Part shown: piece after piece, positions 41,804 to 49,743 of the stretch
Numbering within the stretch: the first letter of the stretch is position 1
Layout of the letters: the number at the start of each line of letters is the position of its first letter
From: Gammaproteobacteria bacterium
GTDB taxonomy: Bacteria > Pseudomonadota > Gammaproteobacteria > Eutrophobiales > Eutrophobiaceae
Length of the DNA stretch: 64,000 nucleotides
Direction of reading: 5' to 3'
Assembly (NCBI GenBank): GCA_965215365.1
Contig: CBDCDS010000003.1
Span: 1,344,001-1,408,000 of the forward strand
Made by a program: the position numbers and the translations under genes
Notes under the pieces: model-generated
Database searches by the model: none
What the model saw: only the letters and a program-made list of their open reading frames with translations
What the model was told of the DNA's origin: nothing

Positions 41804-41817
41804 CGTGATGCTTTCTT

Positions 41818-41845
41818 CGCATCACCTAGTGAGATATGCGGGCTA
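41818..41845. repeat. Intergenic palindromic (REP-like) element, copy 1
   Basis: cgcatcacctagtgagatatgcgggcta, just after the stop of the giant ORF. Confidence 0.7.
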
Positions 41846-41882
41846 AAGCAGTAACCGGGTTTGTGCGCCGGTACAGGTCAGG

Positions 41883-44800
41883 GTGGGACAGTCCGTGGCG
41901 GTAATCGCTGAGGCCCGTGGTCTGGACGCGGCCGCCGGGATGGATACGGACTACGCTCTCTCAGTCGGTGATGGGTTCCAAGGCGTGCTTGACAATCGTC
42001 GCGATCAGGATTGGATTTTAATCGAATTGCTTGAAGGGAAACGCTATGAAATCAGTCTGACCAGCACGAATAACCACGAAAATGCAGATCTGGTTCTGAA
42101 AATAGTCAATTCCGAGGGAGAGGTGGTAGCTGCCAATGATGATATAGACTACGCGGCGGGCAACCGTGATGCGTTGCTCAGATTTCACTTGGAGGAGGCG
42201 GGCGACTATTACATTGTGGCGGACCGTTTCCGGGGCACATCGGCGGAGAACTGGAGCGCGTACACGGTAGTTACGCGTGACTTGGAGGAGCAGGCCTACA
42301 GGCAAGGTCTGCTCATTGGAGGTGACGATGACGAAGTGCTCGCTGGCGGCGAAGCTGATGATTCGATACGGGGAGGAAAGGGGGATGATTGGCTGCTGGG
42401 CGGCCCCGGTGCCGATGTGTTGGTGGGCGGGCCGGGGGCTGACTTTGCCAGTTACCGTACTTCTGCGGTCGGGGTGACGGTGCGCTTGTATGACGGCACG
42501 GCCCGGGGCGGTGATGCCGAGGGAGACCGCTTCGAGGGGAAGGACGAGGTGGCCGCCGAGCCGCCTGAGGCGGGCGACGCCGAGCCGGCCGTGAGGGACG
42601 CAGCGCCAACAGTCGGGCTGCCGACAGTGGAGAGATTGGATATTGAGCATCTGACAGGGTCGGCCTGGGATGATGTGCTGGCGGGAGATGTGGGCGTTAA
42701 TTGGCTGTTTGGTCTGGACGGGGATGATGTACTGGACGGCAGAGAAGGGGATGATCGGCTGATTGGCGGTGCCGGGGATGACCGGCTGGTTGGCGGCCCC
42801 GGCGCCGACCGGTTGCGTGGTGGGACTGGCATTGATACTGCGTCCTATGAAGGGTCAGAGGTCGGTGTGAGAGTCTATTTATATGAGGGCGTGAGCTGGG
42901 GCGGTGATGCCGAGGGTGACCGGTTTGTGGGTCTGGAGGAGGTGGAGTACATCGATGCCGAGGGTGAGGTTCAGCGTGAGCTGTTGCCGGATATTGAGGA
43001 TCTGGTGGGCTCGGCACATGCGGATGTGCTGGCGGGTGACCGGCGCGATAACCGTTTGGATGGCGGCGGCGGTGATGATACGTTGTATGGCGGTCCGGGC
43101 GGTGGCGACGATCTGTTGCACGGCGGGGCTGGCGCTGATCGGTTATATGGCGGGGCCGGCCGTGACACGCTGGTGGGCGGCCCCGGTGCCGATGTGTTGG
43201 TTGGCGGGGCCGGGGCTGATTTTGCCAGTTACCGTACTTCTGCGGTTGGGGTGACGGTGCGCTTGTATGACGGCACGGCCTCGGGCGGTGACGCTGAGGG
43301 AGACCGGTTCGAGGGGAGGGAAGAGGTTGCCGCTAGACCGGCCGTGGGGGACGCAGCGGCAACAGCCAGACTGCCGGCTGTGGAGAAACTGGATATTGAG
43401 CATCTGACAGGGTCTGCTTGGGATGATGTGCTGGCGGGAGATGTGGGCGTTAATTGGCTGTTTGGTCTGGACGGGGATGATGCGCTGGACGGCAGAGAGG
43501 GGGATGACTGGCTCGATGGAGGTGTGGGCGCGGACCGGCTGAGCGGCGGCGCCGGGTCTGACGTGGCCTCTTATGCGCGTTCTGGCGCCGGCGTGACAGT
43601 ACGTTTGCACAGCAGCACGGCCTCAGGGGGTGATGCCGAAGGGGACCGGTTTGTCGGTTTGGAAGAGGTGGAGTATATCGATGCCGAGGGTGAGGTGCAG
43701 CGTGAGCTGTTGCCGGATATTGAGGATCTGGTGGGCTCGGCGCATGCGGATGTGCTGGCGGGCGACCGGCGGGATAACCGTTTGGATGGCGGGGCTGGCG
43801 ATGATACGTTGTATGGCGGTCCGGGCGGCGGTGATGACCTGTTGCACGGCGGTCCCGGCGCGGATCGGTTATATGGCGGTGCCGGTCGTGACACGCTGGT
43901 GGGCGGCCCCGGTGCCGATGTGCTGGTTGGCGGGGCGGGGGCTGATTTTGCCAGTTACCGTACTTCTGCGGCCGGGGTGACGGTGCGCTTGTATGACGGC
44001 ACGGCCCGGGGCGGTGATGCGGAGGGGGATCGGTTCGCGGGAACAGTGGCAATTGCTGGCGAGCCCGCTGAGGCGGGCGATGCTATGCCGACCATGGAGG
44101 AAGAAGGTGCAACAGCCGAAATGCCGACCGTGGAGGAAGAAGATGCAACAGCCGGGATGCCGGCTGCGGAGGAAGAAACGCCAGCAACGGCGATGCCGGC
44201 TGCGCAGAGGTTGGATATTGAGCATCTGATCGGCTCTGCTTGGGATGATGTACTGGTGGGCGATGCGGGAGGTAATTGGCTGTTGGGTTTGGATGGGGAT
44301 GATGTACTGGACGGCAGAGCGGCGGATGACTGGCTCGATGGAGGTATGGGCGCGGACCGGCTGAGCGGCGGCGCCGGGTCTGACGTAGTCTCTTATGAGC
44401 GTTCCGGCGCCGGCGTGGTAGTGCGGTTGCACAGCGCCACGGCCTCCGGGGGTGATGCCGAGGGGGACCGGTTTGTCGGCTTGGAAGAGGTGGAGTACAT
44501 CGATGCCGAGGGTGAGGTACAGCGTGAGCTGTTGCCGGATATTGAGGATCTGGTGGGCTCGGCGCATGCGGATGTGCTGGCGGGTGACCGGCGCGATAAC
44601 CGTTTGGACGGCGGCGGCGGTGATGATACGTTGTATGGCGGTCCGGGCGGCGGTGATGATCTGTTGCGCGGCGGCGCTGGCGCGGATCGGTTATATGGCG
44701 GGGCCGGTCGTGACACGCTGGTGGGCGGCCCGGGCAATGATCTTCTCATCGGGGGAACCGGTGACGACGAGATATTCGGTGGCGCGGGGGCTGATATATT

Positions 44801-45038
44801 TGTGATAGCCGCTGACAATGGCAATGACTATCTCGGTGACTTTCTTTTCGGTGACGATCGCATCGACCTGACGGACTTTGCTGAGATTGCCTCAGTGGAT
44901 GACCTGCGTATAGGGCAGCAGGCCGGCGATCTGATCATTGATCTGTCAAGCCATGGCGGCGGTCAACTCTGGCTGTATGATCTGCAACAAGAAGAGCTTA
45001 CCGATGACCAGTTCATTTTTGTTACGCCTGAGTTTTAA
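41883..45038 (+). CDS. RTX/hemolysin-type calcium-binding repeat protein with an N-terminal PPC-like domain
   Basis: Many GGxGxDxLxG nonapeptides and 'GGDAEGD..IE.L.GS...D.L.GD' blocks. N-terminal 'DQDWI.I.L..G..Y.I...D..L......G..VA.NDD' PPC-like motif. C-terminal 'D.IDL...LTDDQFIF' tail typical of T1SS substrates. Start codon uncertain. Confidence 0.9.
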   Translation: MGQSVAVIAEARGLDAAAGMDTDYALSVGDGFQGVLDNRRDQDWILIELLEGKRYEISLTSTNNHENADLVLKIVNSEGEVVAANDDIDYAAGNRDALLRFHLEEAGDYYIVADRFRGTSAENWSAYTVVTRDLEEQAYRQGLLIGGDDDEVLAGGEADDSIRGGKGDDWLLGGPGADVLVGGPGADFASYRTSAVGVTVRLYDGTARGGDAEGDRFEGKDEVAAEPPEAGDAEPAVRDAAPTVGLPTVERLDIEHLTGSAWDDVLAGDVGVNWLFGLDGDDVLDGREGDDRLIGGAGDDRLVGGPGADRLRGGTGIDTASYEGSEVGVRVYLYEGVSWGGDAEGDRFVGLEEVEYIDAEGEVQRELLPDIEDLVGSAHADVLAGDRRDNRLDGGGGDDTLYGGPGGGDDLLHGGAGADRLYGGAGRDTLVGGPGADVLVGGAGADFASYRTSAVGVTVRLYDGTASGGDAEGDRFEGREEVAARPAVGDAAATARLPAVEKLDIEHLTGSAWDDVLAGDVGVNWLFGLDGDDALDGREGDDWLDGGVGADRLSGGAGSDVASYARSGAGVTVRLHSSTASGGDAEGDRFVGLEEVEYIDAEGEVQRELLPDIEDLVGSAHADVLAGDRRDNRLDGGAGDDTLYGGPGGGDDLLHGGPGADRLYGGAGRDTLVGGPGADVLVGGAGADFASYRTSAAGVTVRLYDGTARGGDAEGDRFAGTVAIAGEPAEAGDAMPTMEEEGATAEMPTVEEEDATAGMPAAEEETPATAMPAAQRLDIEHLIGSAWDDVLVGDAGGNWLLGLDGDDVLDGRAADDWLDGGMGADRLSGGAGSDVVSYERSGAGVVVRLHSATASGGDAEGDRFVGLEEVEYIDAEGEVQRELLPDIEDLVGSAHADVLAGDRRDNRLDGGGGDDTLYGGPGGGDDLLRGGAGADRLYGGAGRDTLVGGPGNDLLIGGTGDDEIFGGAGADIFVIAADNGNDYLGDFLFGDDRIDLTDFAEIASVDDLRIGQQAGDLIIDLSSHGGGQLWLYDLQQEELTDDQFIFVTPEF
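42400..44740 (+). repeat. Three-fold internal duplication within the RTX gene
   Basis: The blocks 'ADFASYRTSA.GVTVRLYDGTA', 'LDIEHL.GSAWDDVL' and 'GLEEVEYIDAEGEVQRELLPDIEDLVGSAHAD' each occur three times, separated by variable acidic linkers. Confidence 0.88.
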
Positions 45039-45068
45039 CCCGCATCACTTGGTGAGATATGCGGGCTA
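45036..45068. repeat. Intergenic palindromic (REP-like) element, copy 2
   Basis: taacccgcatcacttggtgagatatgcgggcta forms a hairpin (cccgcat/atgcggg outer stem, tcac/gtga inner stem) that overlaps the RTX stop. Confidence 0.75.
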
Positions 45069-45099
45069 GCCCCATGTCAGTGAATGCGGAACGATACTA

Positions 45100-45573
45100 G
45101 TGAAAACCCTTTCAGTTGTTCAATCGACCCTTGTTGCAGCACTGCTCGTTGTTTGTCTGACAGGCTACGGGCTACGGGTTTACAAGTTGGTCACCCTGCC
45201 GCCACCGCACTCGGACATGAACCCGGCGCCGGCTGCGACTGTGCCGGCGGATGCCATGTTGCCTGCGGCTATTGCGCAACTCAGTTTGTTTGGTGAGCGC
45301 CGCCAGGCAACCGTGACACCCGCACCCATTCAGCTTGACAATGTCCCCAAGACAAAACTGGATTTTACGTTGAACGCAGTGTTTACCGATACCGAGCCGG
45401 CGCGTGCCAGCGCAGTCATCGCCACGGGTAACAACAGTCAGGCAAAACGCTATTTTGCTGGTGAATTATTACCGGGGAACGTGATACTATTCGCACTATA
45501 CCCGGATCATGTGATATTGAAGCGGGGCGAAACGTTGGAACAGTTGGCTTTTCCGAGAGACAGAACCCAATGA
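45100..45573 (+). CDS. gspC: Type II secretion protein C (TM + HR domain, no PDZ)
   Basis: N-terminal TM segment, 'LFG', 'PKTKLDFTLNAVF..SAVI..YFAGELLPG..YPDHVILKRG..EQLAFP'. Lies immediately upstream of the secretin. Confidence 0.85.
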   Translation: MKTLSVVQSTLVAALLVVCLTGYGLRVYKLVTLPPPHSDMNPAPAATVPADAMLPAAIAQLSLFGERRQATVTPAPIQLDNVPKTKLDFTLNAVFTDTEPARASAVIATGNNSQAKRYFAGELLPGNVILFALYPDHVILKRGETLEQLAFPRDRTQ

Positions 45574-45607
45574 GTAGGTGTGACAGTCCGTTTCACAAGC
45601 CGGTGTA

Positions 45608-48157
45608 GTGGTGACAGTACTTTCATCAAAATTTCATCTGCACGAGCCGCTCCTTCGAGCCGTTGCCTGGGGGCGGAGGTTGCCGTTGCTGATTGGCCTG
45701 TTGCTGGCCGGCCCGACGCCGTCCCTGTCCGAGCAGGTCACTCTGGCCATGGAAAATGCCGAAATCAGAGAGCTTATCAACTGGGCCTCGGATTATCTTG
45801 GCAAGGCTATTATCATCCACCCGGAAGTGCAGGGACGGGTTTCCGTGATTTCCGGCGAACCGATCGGTCGGGATGAGGTCTATCAGGTATTTCTGTCGGT
45901 ATTGCAGGTGTATGGTTATGCCCTGGTCGAAGAGGAGAATGTGCTCAAGATCATTCCCCGGGATTTGGCCAAGCAAGCAGGCGCCCCCCTGACAACGGAG
46001 CAGGACGCGGTCAGCATTGAAGATATGGTAGTGCGGATTATCAGGCTGGACAATGCCGACGCAGCACAGTTGACGGCCTTGTTGCAACCGTTCGTTTCAC
46101 GCTTTGGAAACCTGGCAAGCTACCCGCGTACCAATGCCTTAATCATCGCCGACCGGGCGGATAATATTACCGAGATGGTAAAAATCATCCGCGAATTTGA
46201 TCTGAGCGTCGCCTTCGAGATAGACATGATCGAGCTTGAATTTGCCAGCATCACCGAAGTGGTTGAGGTGCTCAGCAAGATCATGCCGGCGCCGAGTGAA
46301 AACCAGACGTTTTCCTTCGCTGCCGACAAGCGCACCAACAGCATTCTGGTGACAGGCAGTGACATTGTGCGCCAACGGGTACGGTCCCTGATCGAGCGTT
46401 TGGATCAGCCCTTGCCGAGCGGCGGTTCGACGCGGGTGGTATTTGTCAATTATCTCAAGGCCGAGGAATTAGCGCCCATATTACGCGGCTTGCATGACGG
46501 CAATGCCCAACCGGCGCCGGAACAGCCCTTCGAGCAGCAGGCCGGCGTCAATATCCAGGTCAGTGAAGCGGTGAATGCGCTGGTCATCACCGCGCCGCCT
46601 GAACTGATGCAAACCATGCTGGGCATCATCAAGGCCTTGGACCTGCGCCGGCAGCAGGTGTTTGTGGAAGCGGTTATCGTGGAGGTGAGAGGCGATCTGT
46701 CGTCTGATTTGGGTATCGAATGGCGTAGCGCTGCGCCGGGCGAGGACGGCGCCTTTTCCGGTTTCAGCGCACTGCCTTCGTCCCTGTCCGGCACGGTGCC
46801 GACGGCCGCGGGCTCGACTCTCGGTTCGGGGCTTACCTTGGGATTTATGCGCAACAATTCATTACGGGCGCTGGTGCGCGCATTACAGTCCGATGCCAAT
46901 GCCAATATCCTGTCCACCCCGACGATTGTGACCTTGGACAACGAAGAGGCCAAAATTCTGGTCGGTTCCAATATCCCCTTTATTACTGGTTCGGCCACCG
47001 GCGTTGCGTCGTCCACCTCCAATCCGTTCCAGACCATTCAACGCCAAGACATAGGTATTACGCTCAACGTCAAGCCGCGCATCAATCAGCAGCAGTCTAT
47101 CATCCTAGAAATTGAACAAACCGTGGAAAGTATCACCACCGCCGCGGTGGCCACCGCCGATATTATTACCAATAAACGCAACATCAAGACCAGCGTGCGG
47201 CTGGACAGCCGACAGGTGCTGGTATTAGGCGGCCTGATGTCGGACGAGATCACGCAGAACCAGACAAAAGTGCCGTTGCTGGGCGATATTCCCGTGCTGG
47301 GGCGGCTGTTCAGGAGCACCGGCGTTGAGACCAAAAAGACCAACCTGCTGGTCTTTATTCACCCGATCATTTTATCTGAGCCGGAGCAAATTGACAGGTT
47401 GAGCCGCGGCTACTACGACCGGGTTCGAACTTTGCAGCGGCAATTCAACCAGAACAAGGCGGAATCTGTTTTTATTCGCGACGGTGCGCCCTTGCTGCCG
47501 GAACTGGAAGACCTGCCGTCTGAAAGAGCTATGCGACCCCGTGCCGTCGCGGCAGATGACAGCGCCGCCAGCCGGCCGGCGCCGGATGTTGCGGACTCTG
47601 TCGAGGCAGATGACAGCGCCGCCAGCCGGCCGGCGCCGGATGTTGCGGACTCTGTCGAGGCAGATGACAGCGCCGCCAGCCAACCGGCGTCGGATGTTGC
47701 GGACTCTGTCGCGGCAGATGACAGCGCCGCCAGCCGGCCGGCGCCGGATGTTGCGGACTCTGTTGCTATTCGCGACGGTGCGCCCTTGCTGCCGGAACTG
47801 GAAGACCTGCCGTCTGAAGGAGCTATGCGACCCCGTGCCGTCGCGGCAGATGACAGCGCCGCCAGCCGGCCGGCGCCGGATGTTGCGGACTCTGTCGCGG
47901 CAGATGACAGCGCCGCCAGCCAACCGGCGTCGGATGTTGCGGACTCTGTCGCGGCAGATGACAGCGCCGCCAGCCAACCGGCGTCGGATACTGCGGACTC
48001 TGTTTTTATTCGCGACGGTGCGCCCTTGCTGCCGGAACTGGAAGACCTGCCGTCTGAAGGAGCTATGCGACCCCGTGCCGTCGCGGCAGATGACAGCGCC
48101 GCCAGCCGGCCGGCGCCGGATGTTGCGGACTCTGCCATGTCTACAACCGCGCAGTAG
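45608..48157 (+). CDS. gspD: Type II secretion secretin GspD with an extended repetitive acidic C-terminus
   Basis: N0-N3 domains (IIHPEVQGRVSVIS; ADKRTNSILV), 'QVFVEAVIVEV', 'LSTPTIVTLDNEEA' and 'KVPLLGDIPVLGRLFRS'. Start uncertain. Confidence 0.96.
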   Translation: MVTVLSSKFHLHEPLLRAVAWGRRLPLLIGLLLAGPTPSLSEQVTLAMENAEIRELINWASDYLGKAIIIHPEVQGRVSVISGEPIGRDEVYQVFLSVLQVYGYALVEEENVLKIIPRDLAKQAGAPLTTEQDAVSIEDMVVRIIRLDNADAAQLTALLQPFVSRFGNLASYPRTNALIIADRADNITEMVKIIREFDLSVAFEIDMIELEFASITEVVEVLSKIMPAPSENQTFSFAADKRTNSILVTGSDIVRQRVRSLIERLDQPLPSGGSTRVVFVNYLKAEELAPILRGLHDGNAQPAPEQPFEQQAGVNIQVSEAVNALVITAPPELMQTMLGIIKALDLRRQQVFVEAVIVEVRGDLSSDLGIEWRSAAPGEDGAFSGFSALPSSLSGTVPTAAGSTLGSGLTLGFMRNNSLRALVRALQSDANANILSTPTIVTLDNEEAKILVGSNIPFITGSATGVASSTSNPFQTIQRQDIGITLNVKPRINQQQSIILEIEQTVESITTAAVATADIITNKRNIKTSVRLDSRQVLVLGGLMSDEITQNQTKVPLLGDIPVLGRLFRSTGVETKKTNLLVFIHPIILSEPEQIDRLSRGYYDRVRTLQRQFNQNKAESVFIRDGAPLLPELEDLPSERAMRPRAVAADDSAASRPAPDVADSVEADDSAASRPAPDVADSVEADDSAASQPASDVADSVAADDSAASRPAPDVADSVAIRDGAPLLPELEDLPSEGAMRPRAVAADDSAASRPAPDVADSVAADDSAASQPASDVADSVAADDSAASQPASDTADSVFIRDGAPLLPELEDLPSEGAMRPRAVAADDSAASRPAPDVADSAMSTTAQ
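47460..48135 (+). repeat. Composite coding repeat in the gspD tail (8 x 54-bp units and 3 x ~78-bp units)
   Basis: AADDSAASRPAPDVADSV-like units in runs of 4, 3 and 1. Each run is preceded by IRDGAPLLPELEDLPSE.AMRPRAV. Confidence 0.93.
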
Positions 48158-48169
48158 CCGACATGATGG

Positions 48170-49714
48170 GTGCCCCGAATAATGGATGCCTTACATAATC
48201 CGACCTCGTTGCTCGCGCCCGTTCAGGCAGAAGCGGGGGCGGGCGCTGAGGCGGCCACTAAGTGGTCCTTCGGTTTTGCCAAGCGTCACGGCGTTGTGGC
48301 CATGCCTGATGAGGATTCATCCGGGCTGCGGGTATTGCACCGGGATAATGTAGGCTTGCTGGCGCTGGCAGAGGCGCGCCGTTTCCTTGGCGTTCCGGTG
48401 CGTTATGAATGTGTGGAGGAAGGCGCTTTTCAACAGGCGCTGACAACGAGCTATGAGGGCGGTTCTGACACGGCGATGAAGATCGCCGAAGGTCTGGAGG
48501 ATGATTTGGATCTGGTCAGCCTGATTAACGCGATTCCAGAAAAAACAGACCTGCTGGAACAAGAGGATGACGCGCCGGTGATTCGGTTAATCAATGCCTT
48601 GCTGACCGAAGCCCTGAAACAAAACGCCTCGGATATTCATATCGAGACCTTTGAGAATTACCTGAGCGTGCGTTTTCGCGTGGATGGCTCGTTGCGGCAG
48701 GTGGCGCGGCTGGAACGGGGGTTGACGGCTTTTCTGGTATCCCGCATCAAGGTCATGGCGAAGCTGGATATTGCAGAAAAACGTATTCCCCAGGACGGGC
48801 GTATTTCGTTACGTGTTGCGGGTCGGGAGGCGGACATCCGCGTGTCGGTGGTGCCGGCCAGTGAAGGCGAACGCGTGGTCTTGCGGCTGCTGGATAAAAA
48901 GGCCGAACGTTTCGACCTGTCGTCGCTGGGTATGAATACCACAGACTTGTCGCTGCTGCGTGAATTATTGCACAAGCCACATGGGATTATCCTCGTGACC
49001 GGGCCGACCGGCTCAGGCAAAACCACCACCTTGTACGCGGCACTCAGTTACCTGAACGAGATATCGCGTAATATCATCACGGTAGAGGACCCTATTGAGT
49101 ACAATCTTGAAGGCATCAGCCAGATACAAGTGAACCCGAAAACCGGGTTGACTTTTGCGGACGGACTGCGTGCCATCCTGCGCCAGGACCCTGATGTCAT
49201 CATGCTGGGCGAGATTCGCGATCTGGAAACCGCGGAAATTGCCATCAGGGCCAGTCTGACCGGACACCTGGTGCTTTCCACGCTGCATACCAACAGTGCC
49301 ATAGGCGCGGTGACGCGCTTGCAGGATATGGGCATCGAACCGTTTTTGCTGTCTTCCAGTCTGTTGGGGGTCATTGCTCAGCGTCTGGTGAGGTTGCTGT
49401 GCGCACACTGTAAACAGAGCTGTCCCCCGGCTGAGGCGCAGAGAGTTTTGTCAGGTTTGAATGCGGGCGCGAGCGATATTTACCGCGCCGCTGGTTGTGA
49501 CGGCTGTTTGCAGACCGGATATCAGGGGCGCACCGGCATTTTTGAAGTGGTCGCAGTCGATGAGACGGTGCGCAGCCTGGTTCATGAACAGGCTAGCGAG
49601 GCAGATATACTCAAATATACACAGGAATGCTTCAGCAACATTCGCTCCAGCGGTATGCAAGCCGTTGCTGCCGGCGCCACGGGAGCGGACGAAGTGCTGA
49701 GGGTGCTGGAGTAA
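48170..49714 (+). CDS. gspE: Type II secretion ATPase GspE
   Basis: ASDIHIE, Walker A GPTGSGKTTT, TVEDPIEY, LRQDPDVIMLGEIRD, GHLVLSTLHTN and CxxC pairs. The start may be the ATG at 48182. Confidence 0.97.
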   Translation: MPRIMDALHNPTSLLAPVQAEAGAGAEAATKWSFGFAKRHGVVAMPDEDSSGLRVLHRDNVGLLALAEARRFLGVPVRYECVEEGAFQQALTTSYEGGSDTAMKIAEGLEDDLDLVSLINAIPEKTDLLEQEDDAPVIRLINALLTEALKQNASDIHIETFENYLSVRFRVDGSLRQVARLERGLTAFLVSRIKVMAKLDIAEKRIPQDGRISLRVAGREADIRVSVVPASEGERVVLRLLDKKAERFDLSSLGMNTTDLSLLRELLHKPHGIILVTGPTGSGKTTTLYAALSYLNEISRNIITVEDPIEYNLEGISQIQVNPKTGLTFADGLRAILRQDPDVIMLGEIRDLETAEIAIRASLTGHLVLSTLHTNSAIGAVTRLQDMGIEPFLLSSSLLGVIAQRLVRLLCAHCKQSCPPAEAQRVLSGLNAGASDIYRAAGCDGCLQTGYQGRTGIFEVVAVDETVRSLVHEQASEADILKYTQECFSNIRSSGMQAVAAGATGADEVLRVLE

Positions 49715-49743
49715 ACCCGCGCGGGCTTGAGCTTTCGGTAGTT

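Noticed and set aside
26302-39141. Sixteen near-identical 78-aa minus-strand ORFs
   Set aside because: Shadows of the same tandem repeat. Useful only for counting units.
25511-39217. 4568-aa ORF on the minus strand (Gly/Arg-rich)
   Set aside because: Antisense shadow of the GC-rich 840-bp repeat. One stop-free unit repeated gives a long ORF, and its composition is what reverse-complemented Thr/Ala codons produce.
41400-41803. Autotransporter beta-barrel suggested by the terminal Phe of the giant protein
   Set aside because: The preceding sequence is Calx/Ig-like with a Pro-rich tail. There is no ~300-aa amphipathic beta-strand region.
25499-48135. Possible CRISPR arrays in the repeat regions
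   Set aside because: The repeats are in-frame coding units (840 bp, 54 bp) with no unique spacers, and there are no cas genes.
47372-48182. Alternative-frame ORFs of 201-241 aa over the gspD tail
   Set aside because: By-products of the stop-poor tandem repeat. The gspD frame is continuous with the secretin domain.
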